The notes under the pieces: model-generated
Seen by the model: only the letters and a program-made list of their open reading frames with translations
The model's database searches: none
What the model was told of the DNA's origin: nothing
Shown: positions 9,562-23,403 of the stretch, piece by piece
Position numbering within the stretch: the stretch's first letter is position 1
Layout: every line of letters starts with the position of its first letter
Position numbers and translations under genes: made by a program
Assembly (NCBI GenBank): GCA_963797095.1
Contig: CAWCNY010000003.1
Location: 448,001 to 512,000, forward strand
Direction: 5' to 3'
From: an uncultured Chloroflexia bacterium
GTDB taxonomy: Bacteria; Chloroflexota; Chloroflexia; QHBQ01; JADMIH01
Length of the DNA: 64,000 bases

Positions 9562-11220
9562 TTGACCTTACAGCGACAGGGCCATATCGTACTCTGCGGC
9601 CTGGATGGGCTTGGCCTGCGCACCCTCGATGAGCTTCGAAAACTAGGCGAAGAAGTCACCGTGGTAGCAGACAACGCCCCCGACGGATTCATCCAGCGCG
9701 CCCAGGCCCTAGGCGCGCTCTTCCTCCATGGCAACTACCGCGACGAAGCCACTCTCAAGAACGCATGCGTCTCCGACGCTCGCGCCCTCGTCGTCACCAC
9801 CGCCGATGATGTAGGCAACATCCACGCGGCCCTCGCCGCCCACGAACTCAACCCCAACATCCGAATCGTCCTGCGCATCTTCAATCAGGACTTCGGCAGG
9901 CGTCTCGAAACCCTCTTCACCAACTGCGAAGTGCTCAGCTCCTCCGCGATTGCCGCCCCTGCCTTCGTATCCGCCGCTCTCCGTCAGGACTGGCAGCAAG
10001 AAGTTACCGTAGGTGGTCGCACCCTTCAAGTCCGTACCCTACGCGCCACCGACCCCGCCACCATCGTACCTATAGCCCGCGTCACAAAGGAGCGTAGAGT
10101 AGAGCTTTTCCCCGCGTCCGGTAACGAAAACCTCCTGTGCCTCACCGAAATGAAAGCCGAGGCACGAGCCGCACCCGGTCCAACCAAACGCAGAAGCAGC
10201 AGGTGGCCGGCAGCCCTCTCCTACTTCAAGATGCTTGCCGACAGCGCTGACCGCAGGCTGGGCTATGCTCTCCTCTTCCTCCTTGCCCTCGGCATTGCCA
10301 GCGTAGCCATCTTTTTCGCCACCAACGACCTCGACCTCGTTGATGCCTTCTATAACGCAACCGCCATCATCATCTCAGGTGGCCTGGGCGACCTCGACCC
10401 CGCATCCGTGCCCCTTCCCCTCAAGTTGTTCGGCACCTTCCTGATGATCATTGGCGCAACTATCCTCACCATCTTTTACGCGCTGGTCACCGATGCCGTG
10501 GTAAGTGTGCGGTTGGACAGGGCATTAGGCCGCTCAAATGTGGACATGAATAACCACGTAGTGGTCTGCGGCCTCGGCAATATCGGCTACCGGGTCGCCA
10601 CCCAATTGCATGCCCTTGGCTACGCCGTAGCCGCCACCGAAAAGAACGAAACCACAGCAGGTATAGACAATGTCCGCCGCCTGGGCATACCTGTGTTGTT
10701 CGCCGACGCTCGCGCTCCCGAAACCCTCCGCGCTCTCAACGTCGCCGAAGCCCGCTCCATAGTCATCGCCACCGACGACGATGCTGCCAACCTCGAAACC
10801 GCCCTCAATGCCCGCGCCATCCAGCCCGGCATCCGCGTGGTCCTGCGCCTCTTCGACCCCGATCTGGCCGCCCGCGTCGAGCGCGCCTTCAGCATCCACA
10901 TCTCACGCAGCGTATCGGCCCTGGCAGGTCCGCGCTTCGCAGCCGCCGCCGTAGCCGAGCGCGTCGCCGCCACTATCCCTATCCCACCACGCGTCCTGAT
11001 CGTCGCCCAGACCGCCGTCGAACCCAGCTGCCAGATCGAAGGCAACACCGTCGCCGACCTCGAAAACGCCTTCGAAGGCCGCATCCTCATGGTGGAACAC
11101 AACGGCAGTCAGACCTGGCGCCCACCCCCAACCACCGTACTCTCCCCAGGCGACGACCTCGCCTTAGTTGCCACGCGCAAAGGGTTAGTAACGGCGCTCG
11201 CGCTTACCGGGGGAAACTAG
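9562..11220 (+). CDS. TrkA-N/RCK domain ion-channel-like protein (two RCK-N, 2-TM pore, RCK-C)
   Basis: Two Rossmann motifs (HIVLCGLDGLG, HVVVCGLGNIG) flanking two TM helices. Confidence 0.85.
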   Translation: MTLQRQGHIVLCGLDGLGLRTLDELRKLGEEVTVVADNAPDGFIQRAQALGALFLHGNYRDEATLKNACVSDARALVVTTADDVGNIHAALAAHELNPNIRIVLRIFNQDFGRRLETLFTNCEVLSSSAIAAPAFVSAALRQDWQQEVTVGGRTLQVRTLRATDPATIVPIARVTKERRVELFPASGNENLLCLTEMKAEARAAPGPTKRRSSRWPAALSYFKMLADSADRRLGYALLFLLALGIASVAIFFATNDLDLVDAFYNATAIIISGGLGDLDPASVPLPLKLFGTFLMIIGATILTIFYALVTDAVVSVRLDRALGRSNVDMNNHVVVCGLGNIGYRVATQLHALGYAVAATEKNETTAGIDNVRRLGIPVLFADARAPETLRALNVAEARSIVIATDDDAANLETALNARAIQPGIRVVLRLFDPDLAARVERAFSIHISRSVSALAGPRFAAAAVAERVAATIPIPPRVLIVAQTAVEPSCQIEGNTVADLENAFEGRILMVEHNGSQTWRPPPTTVLSPGDDLALVATRKGLVTALALTGGN

Positions 11221-11251
11221 GTCGCTCACCTGGAACCGGCAACCGAGCAAA

Positions 11252-13501
11252 CTACTCGTGCGGGTCAACCCGCCCGTAGCTTGTCAAATACTTGCGGTAC
11301 TTATTAGGCAACGCCGACAGCGGCACCGCAATATCTGCGCCCTCGCTGGAAGCTTGGGCGAGTAGAAATGCCTGCGAATCCATAGCAATTCCACCTTCAG
11401 GTGGCTGTAGCCGCACGTAGCTCCCATCGGGCTGCAATACCCGGGCCTTCACATTGTCGCGCAGATACGTAGCCAACACCTCGTTGATCACATGGCTTCG
11501 GATCCCCTCGTCCTCCACGGGGAAGAGTGTTTCGACTCGGTTATCCAGGTTGCGCGGCATCATATCGGCGCTCCCCATCAACAATTCCTCTTTGCCCCCA
11601 TTCCTGAAGTAAAAGATCCTGCTGTGCTCCAGAAACCGCCCGATGATGCTGATCACCCGTATGTTCTCGCTCACCTTGGGAACCCCTGGCCTCAGACAGC
11701 AGATCCCGCGCACCAGCAAGTCCACCTGCACCCCCGCCCCCGAAGCCCTGTAAAGCGCCTCAATCGTAGCCGGGTCTACAAGCGCGTTCATTTTGAAGAT
11801 CAGCCTGCCCCCTCCGTTCTCCCTGTGCTGCTTGATCTCCCTCTCGATCAGCGCCAGCACTCCCGCCCTCAACGTGATAGGCGCTACCAACAATTTCCTG
11901 TATCGTGTCTGCTTGCTGTACCCCGTCAGGTAATTGAACAGCTCCGATACATCCGCACCAAAGTCTGGATGGCACGTCAATAACCCGAGGTCTGTGTATC
12001 CCCTTGCGGTCGATGGATTATAGTTCCCCGTGCCCAGGTGCACGTACCTCCTGATCCCCTCTCCTTCTTTGCGCACCACCAGCGCTACCTTACAGTGCGT
12101 CTTCAGCCCGATCAAACCATACGTAACGTGCACACCCGCTTGCTCCAACGCCCTCGCCCACTCAATGTTGTTCTCCTCGTCGAAGCGAGCTTTCAACTCG
12201 ACCAGCACCGCCACCTGCTTGCCCGCCTCCGCCGCCTCCAGCAGCGCCTCTACGATAGGCGAGTGACTTCCCACCCTGTACAGCGTCTGCTTGATAGCCA
12301 GCACGTTCTTGTCATGCGCAGCCGATCTTATGAAATCGACCACAGGTGTAAAAGAATCGAAAGGATGGTGCAGCAGGATGTCCCTGCTGCGGATTGCCTC
12401 GAAAATACCTGAGCCGCCCTGTATATTCCTGAGCGCAGCTGGAATGCGCGGCGTGAATGTTGGGTCCTTCAGGTCGGCGCGATCTATCTTGCTCAACTCC
12501 GACAGATCGCTCAACCCAAGTGGCCCATCCACCACGTACACTTCCTCGTTATCAAGCTCCAGGTTCTTCACCAACAATTCTCGCACCCGCTCCGGCATAT
12601 TCGGGTTGACAAACAAGGCCACAGCCGACCCGAACCGTCGCCTTGAGAGGCTTTCCTCTACTGTCTCTAACAGGTCAGCAGCCTCAAGCTCCTGGATTTC
12701 AAGGTCAGCATCTCTTATTACTCGAAATGGATGCACCTCCAACAACTGCATTTGCGGGAAAAGCGCGTGCAAATTAGCCGTCAAAACCTGCTCTAGCCAC
12801 ACATATACCATTCTGGGGGACTGCGCTTTTCCTTGTACATGCCCGTTGCGGCCCACTCGCCCACCACTAGCTTGAGGCTCAAGGGGCAAAGCCTCTAGCC
12901 TCGGCAACACATTGGGCACCTTCACGCGGGCGAAATGTCGCTGCCCGCTGGGTGTCTGCAACTCCACTGCCAGGTTCAAGCTGAGATTAGAGATATGTGG
13001 GAAAGGGTGCCCAGGGTCGACTGCGAGCGGTGTGCACACAGGAAACACCATCCGCTCGAAATATTCGCGAGCCGCTCGCTTCTGCTCCGGTGTCAACTCC
13101 TCGTAATTTGCGATCTTGATCCCCGCGTTAGCGAGTTCCGGCTTGAGCGTATCACGAAAGAATATCGCCTGCTTCTCGAACAAAGGCACTACCGCGCTTC
13201 TGATTGCCGCCATCTCCTCCACGGGCGTCATCCCATCCGGGCTGCGGTCGCTCACACCTCCCTTTACCTGCTCGCGTATCCCCGACACTCGAATCATGAA
13301 GAATTCGTCCAGCATCGAATGGAAGATCGATAGGAACTTCACCCGCTCCAGCAGTGGATCCTTCTCGTCAAATGCCTCATCCAACACCCGCGCATTGTAC
13401 TGGAGCAGGCTCAATTCCCGGTTGATGTAGAATGCAGGCTTCAGGGCCGGCTGTGATATCGCCAGCACTTCGCTACTTTTCTCTCTCTCATCGACAGCCA
13501 T
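11252..13501 (-). CDS. ppk1: Polyphosphate kinase 1
   Basis: NRELSLL, LDEFFMIRV, HPFPHISNLSLN, LLHHPFDSF, ELKARFDEENN, GRFLEHSR. Confidence 0.97.
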   Translation of the reverse strand: MAVDEREKSSEVLAISQPALKPAFYINRELSLLQYNARVLDEAFDEKDPLLERVKFLSIFHSMLDEFFMIRVSGIREQVKGGVSDRSPDGMTPVEEMAAIRSAVVPLFEKQAIFFRDTLKPELANAGIKIANYEELTPEQKRAAREYFERMVFPVCTPLAVDPGHPFPHISNLSLNLAVELQTPSGQRHFARVKVPNVLPRLEALPLEPQASGGRVGRNGHVQGKAQSPRMVYVWLEQVLTANLHALFPQMQLLEVHPFRVIRDADLEIQELEAADLLETVEESLSRRRFGSAVALFVNPNMPERVRELLVKNLELDNEEVYVVDGPLGLSDLSELSKIDRADLKDPTFTPRIPAALRNIQGGSGIFEAIRSRDILLHHPFDSFTPVVDFIRSAAHDKNVLAIKQTLYRVGSHSPIVEALLEAAEAGKQVAVLVELKARFDEENNIEWARALEQAGVHVTYGLIGLKTHCKVALVVRKEGEGIRRYVHLGTGNYNPSTARGYTDLGLLTCHPDFGADVSELFNYLTGYSKQTRYRKLLVAPITLRAGVLALIEREIKQHRENGGGRLIFKMNALVDPATIEALYRASGAGVQVDLLVRGICCLRPGVPKVSENIRVISIIGRFLEHSRIFYFRNGGKEELLMGSADMMPRNLDNRVETLFPVEDEGIRSHVINEVLATYLRDNVKARVLQPDGSYVRLQPPEGGIAMDSQAFLLAQASSEGADIAVPLSALPNKYRKYLTSYGRVDPHE

Positions 13502-13523
13502 TACTGTTTCCTCCACCCTACCC

Positions 13524-14459
13524 TCATCTAGCCCTTGCCAGGGCCAGGATCGCGCCCTCGCGCACCCCGTACGGCGACATAATTAGAGGTGGGTCATCAT
13601 AGCCTCGCATCACCTCGCGCAACACCAGAAGTGCTGGCATCACCAGCGGCGACCGTTCGGGCTTAAGATCATACCTCGCTCCGATATCCGCCGTAGTACG
13701 CCCACGCAACATCGCCAGCATCGTCTCTACCCCATCCTTGGGAAATATCTCGCCCATCTTGAGGTCGAGCAGAGGGGGCGTCCGCCTCAACGTGCCCCCC
13801 ACCCCAAGCACCCCCGTAATGGTGGTGTCGTGCAAGGGCAGGGCAGGTGGGATAGTCTGCGCGAGATAAGTCACAAGCAGTGCTTCTTCCAGATAGGTCG
13901 GTGGGTCGCTCGGCAAGAACTGGCCTGCCACCCGCGACGCTCCCAGAGGCAGCGACACACTGTCCCACACTTCGCCGTTCTGCCCGACAGCCACCTGCAT
14001 ACTCCCGCCGCCTATATCGACCATCACCTGCGGCCCCACACTTGGACACGCCACATCCGCCCCCAGGAACGCGAACTCGGCCTCCTGCTCCGGCGACAAA
14101 ATATCCACCGGTACTTCCAGTCTACTCTCGATCTCTTTTACAACGTTATCGCGATTTGATGCAGTGCGGATCGCCTGCGTCGCAAGCAGATGTATCTCGG
14201 ATGCTCTCTCTTTGAGAGCCTGGTCGCGAAACTTCCTGAGGGTCTCCACCAATACCTCTAGCTTCTGATCAGACAGAGCACCCGCGTAATCTACATCTGC
14301 GCCCAGGCGCAAGCCCTCGCTCACATCCACCAGCGGGTCCACGTGGCGTCCGTTGGTCCTGGCGACCAACAGATGCACAGTATTGCTCCCGATATCCACC
14401 ACCCCAAGCGTCTTCTCGCGCACGGCTGCTCCCGACTGCCTGGAGGCTCTTCTGCTCAT
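13524..14459 (-). CDS. ppx: Exopolyphosphatase, Ppx/GppA family (start uncertain)
   Basis: DIGSNTVHL, ATQAIRTASN, DIGGGS, GVREG. Confidence 0.9.
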   Translation of the reverse strand: MSRRASRQSGAAVREKTLGVVDIGSNTVHLLVARTNGRHVDPLVDVSEGLRLGADVDYAGALSDQKLEVLVETLRKFRDQALKERASEIHLLATQAIRTASNRDNVVKEIESRLEVPVDILSPEQEAEFAFLGADVACPSVGPQVMVDIGGGSMQVAVGQNGEVWDSVSLPLGASRVAGQFLPSDPPTYLEEALLVTYLAQTIPPALPLHDTTITGVLGVGGTLRRTPPLLDLKMGEIFPKDGVETMLAMLRGRTTADIGARYDLKPERSPLVMPALLVLREVMRGYDDPPLIMSPYGVREGAILALARAR

Positions 14460-14587
14460 CTCTAGCAATACGCCAGGCTCTCGATACAATTTTACCATAC
14501 GCCCCCCGAACCCTATCATGAGATATGCCGAAATCCGTTGCGCCCACACTGCCGCAACGGATCCCAGCGTTCCATTGTACCTAGCAA

Positions 14588-15016
14588 CTAATCAGTGCTA
14601 TCGTCACCAAACTCCGTTTCGCCGGGCATATCGCCCGCCTCTTCCCCGGATTCGTCATCGCTAGCCTCTGCATCGTCCTCTTCATCATCCTCTTCGTCTT
14701 CTTCGTCACTATCATCCGCGTCTTCTTCGTCATCTGCTTCATCATCGCTATCTTCCAACGAGTCCCCGCTGTCGGTATCTTCCGCAGCCTCGTCAGCCTC
14801 ATCCGCCCCCATATCGATATCGTCACCAGCGTCAGCCGCTTCCCCCATATCACCTTCATCTTCCTCGGCACCGGCATCGCCCATATCCTCTCCGGCTTCC
14901 ATAGCTTCGGGGGCGGCACTCTCGATTGTTGCCACATCTTCCGGCTGTTCGCCATCAGAGCCCGGGCCCGGCTTATCAGCATCCACGATTTCCGCATCCA
15001 GGGTCGTAGCGTTCAT
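14588..15016 (-). CDS. Extremely acidic low-complexity hypothetical protein
   Basis: AAGGAGAGG RBS before the ATG; 142 aa, about 48% D/E by hand count; same strand as the flanking genes. Confidence 0.65.
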   Translation of the reverse strand: MNATTLDAEIVDADKPGPGSDGEQPEDVATIESAAPEAMEAGEDMGDAGAEEDEGDMGEAADAGDDIDMGADEADEAAEDTDSGDSLEDSDDEADDEEDADDSDEEDEEDDEEDDAEASDDESGEEAGDMPGETEFGDDSTD

Positions 15017-15133
15017 CCCGCACCTCTCCTTAAGCATTATTAGTGCCTTTACAAAGCCACTACCTCCATGATAAGAGAGACTTGTTAGCCAGTGATTAAC
15101 ATCTTTGGAACGATTGTTAAAGCTCTCTGTTTC

Positions 15134-15625
15134 TCAATCTTTGGGCGAATGCACCCTCACCAACTTGCCCTTGCCTGGCCGTACATCACGCCAGCGCGCC
15201 ACGTCGAACTCTAGATGTGCGAACCCCGCCGTCGGCAGGCGCACCGACCCGGCATCTTCTTCGGCAAGCTCTGCACTCAGATCCTCGAATCCGGGATTAT
15301 GACCGACCAGCACCACACTCTCCGCCGCATCAGGCAGCCCACGCACCACCTTCACCAGAGCATCCAACCCCGCCCCATAAATCTTGGGTTCCAATTTGAT
15401 CTCGCCGCCATACCCAAATGCTTCCGATGCAATCTCGGCTGTCTCTCGCGCCCTCACCGCATCCGACGACACCACCAACCCCGGTTCACCCAGTTTGCCT
15501 ATCAGCTTGCCCATCGCCTCGGCATCGCGCCTGCCGCGTTTGGTCAGCGCCCTGGCCCGGTCCCCTGCTATGGTCGGCGCGTAATCTCCCGCCTTCCCAT
15601 GTCTTAAGACAAACAATGTCTTCAT
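15134..15625 (-). CDS. sixA: SixA-type phosphohistidine phosphatase
   Basis: LRHGKA, SSDAVRARET, VGHNPG. Confidence 0.9.
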   Translation of the reverse strand: MKTLFVLRHGKAGDYAPTIAGDRARALTKRGRRDAEAMGKLIGKLGEPGLVVSSDAVRARETAEIASEAFGYGGEIKLEPKIYGAGLDALVKVVRGLPDAAESVVLVGHNPGFEDLSAELAEEDAGSVRLPTAGFAHLEFDVARWRDVRPGKGKLVRVHSPKD

Positions 15626-15781
15626 CCCCTCACCTCCTCGACGATGTGCAGATCAGGTGCGTAAGAAGAATAAAGCACTCAATCCAGGCTCACCTTCCGC
15701 ACTCATACCTACTATATTACAGTGGAAACCCCTCAAGCCCTATTCTGAACTGTCCACTTTATCGGAGCCGCTCCGAATTCC

Positions 15782-15810
15782 TTGACAAAGGCCTGAGGCT
15801 TTAGTATACT
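15782..15810 (+). promoter_or_regulatory. Sigma70 promoter of the 23S-5S unit
   Basis: TTGACA-17 nt-TATACT. Confidence 0.85.
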
Positions 15811-16384
15811 TAGTGTTGCGCCTGAGAAAATGGTGCAAAGAAAGAGCAAAGCATGCACATAGTTGAGGCCACAACCAGATAGGCCATCTCGCATACCAAC
15901 AGCCGCCAAGGCTTGAGGCGCGAGTGCCCAAGCCTCTTTTGTTGCCATTCGACCACATCTGCAAGCTCACTAAACACCAAAATACAAAATAAGCCGCAAC
16001 GACTTCCGCTCCTCGCCCTGCACAAGGTCGAAGACTGGCAGTGACAAGGCTGACAGGCTCCCACGGCCAACCGGTAACTGACAATTAGCGCTAGCAACAA
16101 CTAGCAACCAGGAACCAGGAACCGCCCGCAAGAGTGAGCACCTAAGGGTGCCAGCACCTTACCAAGAGAATAGCAAGCAACGAAGAAAAGCAAAATTGGG
16201 ATACAATTTCGCACACGTAGTTCGTGGAAACACGCACTACATTCAATCGATCACCGACCGAGTGTGAATTGTGACCACATCAAGCGCTACATAAAACTGC
16301 TTGTTGACCGCTTGCATCGCTCCTTCCACTCCCACAGCCCTAGGCTCGTGATGAGAGGGGGGAGGCCGAACGTAAGATAGGTTA

Positions 16385-19575
<3,191 letters not shown>

Positions 19576-19854
19576 CCCCCTATTTTACTTCTGCTTCCCC
19601 CCTCTCCTCATAGCCATATCGTATATGCAATCCGCCATATATGAAGGCAGATGAGAGCAAGAAGCAATGCAAATAGAGGAAAACAAGCAGGTTTTATAGC
19701 GACTTGTGGTCACACACCGCAGGTCAGTGATTGAAAGAACGTGCGACTAAATCAGTTTTGCTTCTCAACTCGTAAGCGTACCCTCGTCGGTCGTCATTCG
19801 CCCTTCGTCCGTACCACGCTTGCTATTCAACTCTTGTAAGCAAGAGGGGATTTG

Positions 19855-19970
19855 TTCCGTGGTCAGAGCGTACTGGACCCACCCAGCCCCATCCCGAACC
19901 TGGAAGTGAAACAGTACAGCGCCGATGATACTTCAGCTACCCGGCTGTGGGAAAGTAGGCCATTGCGGAG
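19855..19970 (+). rRNA. rrf: 5S rRNA
   Basis: cccatcccgaac, gaagtgaaac, agcgccgatgatac, gggaaagtagg; terminal helix ttccgt/gcggag. Confidence 0.97.
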
Positions 19971-20278
19971 CAATCCCCTCTTTCTTTTTGCCTGCTGCAA
20001 CTTTCTCAAGCGCAATTTCCAGAGCAGTACGCCCTCACCCCAATATTAGTATTGCAATTTGCATCGAGCAAGTGTTATGCTCTTAGCACCAGCCATTGCT
20101 TGCGAAGGCTGGTTCGAGTCTTTTCTCTATCAAACACTGGAACTTCACAATCATACACTCCTGAACTCCGTATTCTCCAAGATGGTAGACATTGGTGGTC
20201 TTCACCTGATGTTGCCATGCAGGATCGTGCACCATCCGCAGGCACGCGCCGAAAGAGCAGAGTACATCACAAAGGAGG

Positions 20279-21340
20279 GTGGCAATTGTGTATGACGCCG
20301 TTATTGTTGGAGGCAGTTTTGCGGGATTGGCCGCCGCTATGCAATTGCGCGGCTTCAAGGTGCTTGTCATAGACCAGCGGCCTATTGGCACGCACCAATC
20401 CTCCACCTGCGCCACGCCTTTGCCCGTAGCGCAAGCAGTTGGAGCTACTAATGCAATCCAACAGACACATAACTACCTCGTAACTCACGTAGCTCACCGT
20501 GACCTCCGCTATCACCTTCAAGACCCATACGTCACCTTCGACTACCACACCTTCTGCCGGGCTATGCTTGCCCAGACCGGTGCAGAAGTATGGTTGGCGC
20601 GGGCCATGGGCTATCAGGACGGCCTCGTTACCACAACCCGTGGGGAGGTCAGTGCTCGCTGCATCGTCGACGCGTCCGGTTGGCAGTCACTAAAGCGCCA
20701 TGTGCCTGAGCGCGATCGGCGTCCGGTGGGCTACGGCATGGAAACCGAGCTTCCGGTCACTCTTCCGCTCAGCCCCGGCTTGCACTTCTATTTCGAGAAG
20801 AAGATCGTGCGTAATGGCTACGCATGGGTCTTTCCCTGCGGCTCAAGCTCACGTATCGGCGTGTGCAGCTTCGATCAGGGCGTGCATCTTCGATCTATGC
20901 TCGATGCCTTCCTCGACAGATTCGGCCTGCAATGTGGGAGCACCCACGGTGGGGGTATACCCATCTTACGTCGCCAACCTCTATCGAGCGACCTCTTCGT
21001 TATAGGTGATGCCGGGGGCCAGTGCCTGCCGATCTGGGCGGAAGGCATTCGCTCAGCGATATACCATGGCACAGCTTGCGGGCAAGCAATTGCGGGCGTG
21101 CTGGCCGGCGACCTCTCGCTTGAAGAGGCCCGGATACGCTACGCGACCCTGGCCCGACGCACCGAGCGCTTCCAACTCCTGCTGCTGGCTGTGCACAACA
21201 CCACGGCCTGGCTACCTGAGTGGTGGCGCGCGCTTATCCTCGCCACAATTTCACGTGTACGATTGGCGGACCCTTTTGTAAAGGTATACCAGCGCGGAAG
21301 CGGTTGGCTCTCCAGCACATCCCCGCCCATATTGTCCTAG
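20279..21340 (+). CDS. FAD-dependent oxidoreductase (geranylgeranyl reductase/FixC-like)
   Basis: YDAVIVGGSFAGL, GYAWVFP, IGDAGG..AEGI; AAGGAGG RBS. Confidence 0.85.
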   Translation: MAIVYDAVIVGGSFAGLAAAMQLRGFKVLVIDQRPIGTHQSSTCATPLPVAQAVGATNAIQQTHNYLVTHVAHRDLRYHLQDPYVTFDYHTFCRAMLAQTGAEVWLARAMGYQDGLVTTTRGEVSARCIVDASGWQSLKRHVPERDRRPVGYGMETELPVTLPLSPGLHFYFEKKIVRNGYAWVFPCGSSSRIGVCSFDQGVHLRSMLDAFLDRFGLQCGSTHGGGIPILRRQPLSSDLFVIGDAGGQCLPIWAEGIRSAIYHGTACGQAIAGVLAGDLSLEEARIRYATLARRTERFQLLLLAVHNTTAWLPEWWRALILATISRVRLADPFVKVYQRGSGWLSSTSPPILS

Positions 21341-21460
21341 CTACTCGCACCGGCAGGCAAATCGATCGATACGACTGCATCGCCCAAGACTAGACTTACT
21401 TGCATTTCATATCATTTGCGGCAGTGATCCTGCGCAGATGAAACGATCTGGGAACGCTTC

Positions 21461-22420
21461 ATGTTGTATAAGGCGAAATATCACCCTGCTGCAAGGAGCG
21501 AGGCTATGCTATCTCGAACATGTCGGAAATCACAAACACTTGAGATGCGTTCGACGGAAGACACCAGTATAGTCGAGCCGGCAAATCGCGTGATTTCAAA
21601 AGGGCCGTGGATCATGCGGCAAAGCTGGCATAACCTGCTCTTCGCACATTGGCCCGTCGCTCCGGAAGCTATCAGGCATCTCATTCCGCAGGACCTTACC
21701 CTCGATACTTATGGTGGCCAGGCATGGGTCGGCCTGATCGCCTTCCGGCTTAGCGGGATCGCACTCAGAGGTTTCCCCGCGATCCCGCCTTTCAATGCCT
21801 TCCCTGAGATCAACGTCCGCACCTATGTCACCCGCGATGATAGACCAGGCGTTTATTTCCTCAGCCTTGATGCCAATAATTGGGCGGCAATGGCCCTGGC
21901 CAGGCCTTGGTTCCGCCTGCCCTACACTTACGCTGCAATCAACTTCAGAGAGGAAGGCGACACGATCCACTTCACCAGTCGCAGGCAGGGATCTAGGACG
22001 ACCCAGGCCGAGTTCTCCGGTAGCTACCGGCCTATCGGTGAGCCGTGCGTGTCGACTCCGGGCAGCCTCGAACATTTCCTAGTCGAGCGCTATTCCTTCT
22101 ATACGCAAGATCGGCGGCAGGAGCTTTGTAGGTCCGATGTGTATCACAATTCATGGCCTCTACAACCTGCGGAAGCTAACATAGTCAAGAACACTCTGCC
22201 TCTTTCGCATGGCATAGAACTGCCTGACGTGCAGCCGCTTCTGCATTTTGCAAGCGGCACGCAAGCGCACATCTGGCCTCTACGCAGGCTCTCGCCTGAG
22301 GCACTCTCGATAGCTCCGGGGCCGAGGCTGGCCTGGTACCGGCAGAAAGTAGTTGAAAGTCGCAAAGTTCTCATAGTCGGTTCATCTCAAACACCTCAAA
22401 AGAAGTGCTACAATAACTAA
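21461..22420 (+). CDS. YqjF/DUF2071 family protein (start uncertain)
   Basis: MRQSWHNLLFAHW, FPEINVRTYV, GVYFLSLDA, FLVERY. Confidence 0.88.
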   Translation: MLYKAKYHPAARSEAMLSRTCRKSQTLEMRSTEDTSIVEPANRVISKGPWIMRQSWHNLLFAHWPVAPEAIRHLIPQDLTLDTYGGQAWVGLIAFRLSGIALRGFPAIPPFNAFPEINVRTYVTRDDRPGVYFLSLDANNWAAMALARPWFRLPYTYAAINFREEGDTIHFTSRRQGSRTTQAEFSGSYRPIGEPCVSTPGSLEHFLVERYSFYTQDRRQELCRSDVYHNSWPLQPAEANIVKNTLPLSHGIELPDVQPLLHFASGTQAHIWPLRRLSPEALSIAPGPRLAWYRQKVVESRKVLIVGSSQTPQKKCYNN

Positions 22421-22510
22421 CACTTGGGCACACCCGCAGCGCTTCGGCATGGCGCGTATCGTGCCCATAATGTGGCTATTGAGGCACTTGAGTCCGTCAA
22501 GGAGACTGAT

Positions 22511-23383
22511 ATGGCTGATAATTCAATAGCTCGAGACGACAGAAGTTCGATGGCTCAAACCGTGCGTGACGACCGTATCCTGCCGGAAACACGCGTGGTT
22601 GCATTCATCGTACCACCCTTCCTCTTAGCCGCCTTCATAATCCTTTACTTCTTTCCGGGAAACACAACCGAGCTTTTCGCCTGGACCATCAAGCCTCAAA
22701 TGACACCGCTGCTCATGGGAGGCGGTTACATTTCAGGATCATACTTCTTCATCAGGCTAATTATGGGCGGAAAGTGGCACTGGTTCACGCACGGATTTCT
22801 CGCTATCAGCGCCTTCACCTGGTTTATGGGCCTCGCCACACTGCTGCACTTTGACAAATTCAACTACAGCCATATATCATTTTATGCCTGGCTGATCCTT
22901 TACATTGTCACGCCATTCCTGGTCCCCTTCATCTGGCTTCGCAACAGGGGGGCTGACCCTGGCACCCCCGATCCGGATGACGTGGTTGTGTCGCCTACAA
23001 TTCGCCTGGTAGCACGCATTGTGGGGATTGGTTTGCTTGCCATGGCCTTGTTCATGTTCATCTTCCCATCTACTATAATCAGCATTTGGCCCTGGCAACT
23101 GACACCTTTGACCACGCGCGTGACTGCCGGTTGGTTCTCTCTGCCCGCCGTGGTAGCGATTACGACCAGCACCAACTCGCGCTGGAGCTCCTGGCGGATA
23201 TTGATCGAGAGCCAACTAATCGCGTTGGCATTGCTCCTGATCAGCGTAGTGCGGGCCTGGGGCGACTTCGACACATCTAACCTCCTGACCTGGGTGTTCA
23301 TCATCGGCATCGCCCTCCTCCTCATCGCCGCTACCGCCCTTTACACCTACATGGAGTCGCAACGCCGTCAGGCGATAGCCTAA
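22511..23383 (+). CDS. Multi-pass membrane protein with a two-fold internal repeat
   Basis: About 8 TM segments; FAWTIKPQMTP and WPWQLTPLTT repeat; AAGGAG RBS. Confidence 0.8.
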   Translation: MADNSIARDDRSSMAQTVRDDRILPETRVVAFIVPPFLLAAFIILYFFPGNTTELFAWTIKPQMTPLLMGGGYISGSYFFIRLIMGGKWHWFTHGFLAISAFTWFMGLATLLHFDKFNYSHISFYAWLILYIVTPFLVPFIWLRNRGADPGTPDPDDVVVSPTIRLVARIVGIGLLAMALFMFIFPSTIISIWPWQLTPLTTRVTAGWFSLPAVVAITTSTNSRWSSWRILIESQLIALALLLISVVRAWGDFDTSNLLTWVFIIGIALLLIAATALYTYMESQRRQAIA

Positions 23384-23403
23384 AAGTAAGAAGCAATTCA
23401 CTT

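Noticed and set aside
14581-15071. Poly-Ser ORF (+) and Met/Lys/Thr-rich ORF (-)
   Set aside because: These are alternative frames of the acidic gene, which has the RBS and the operon orientation.
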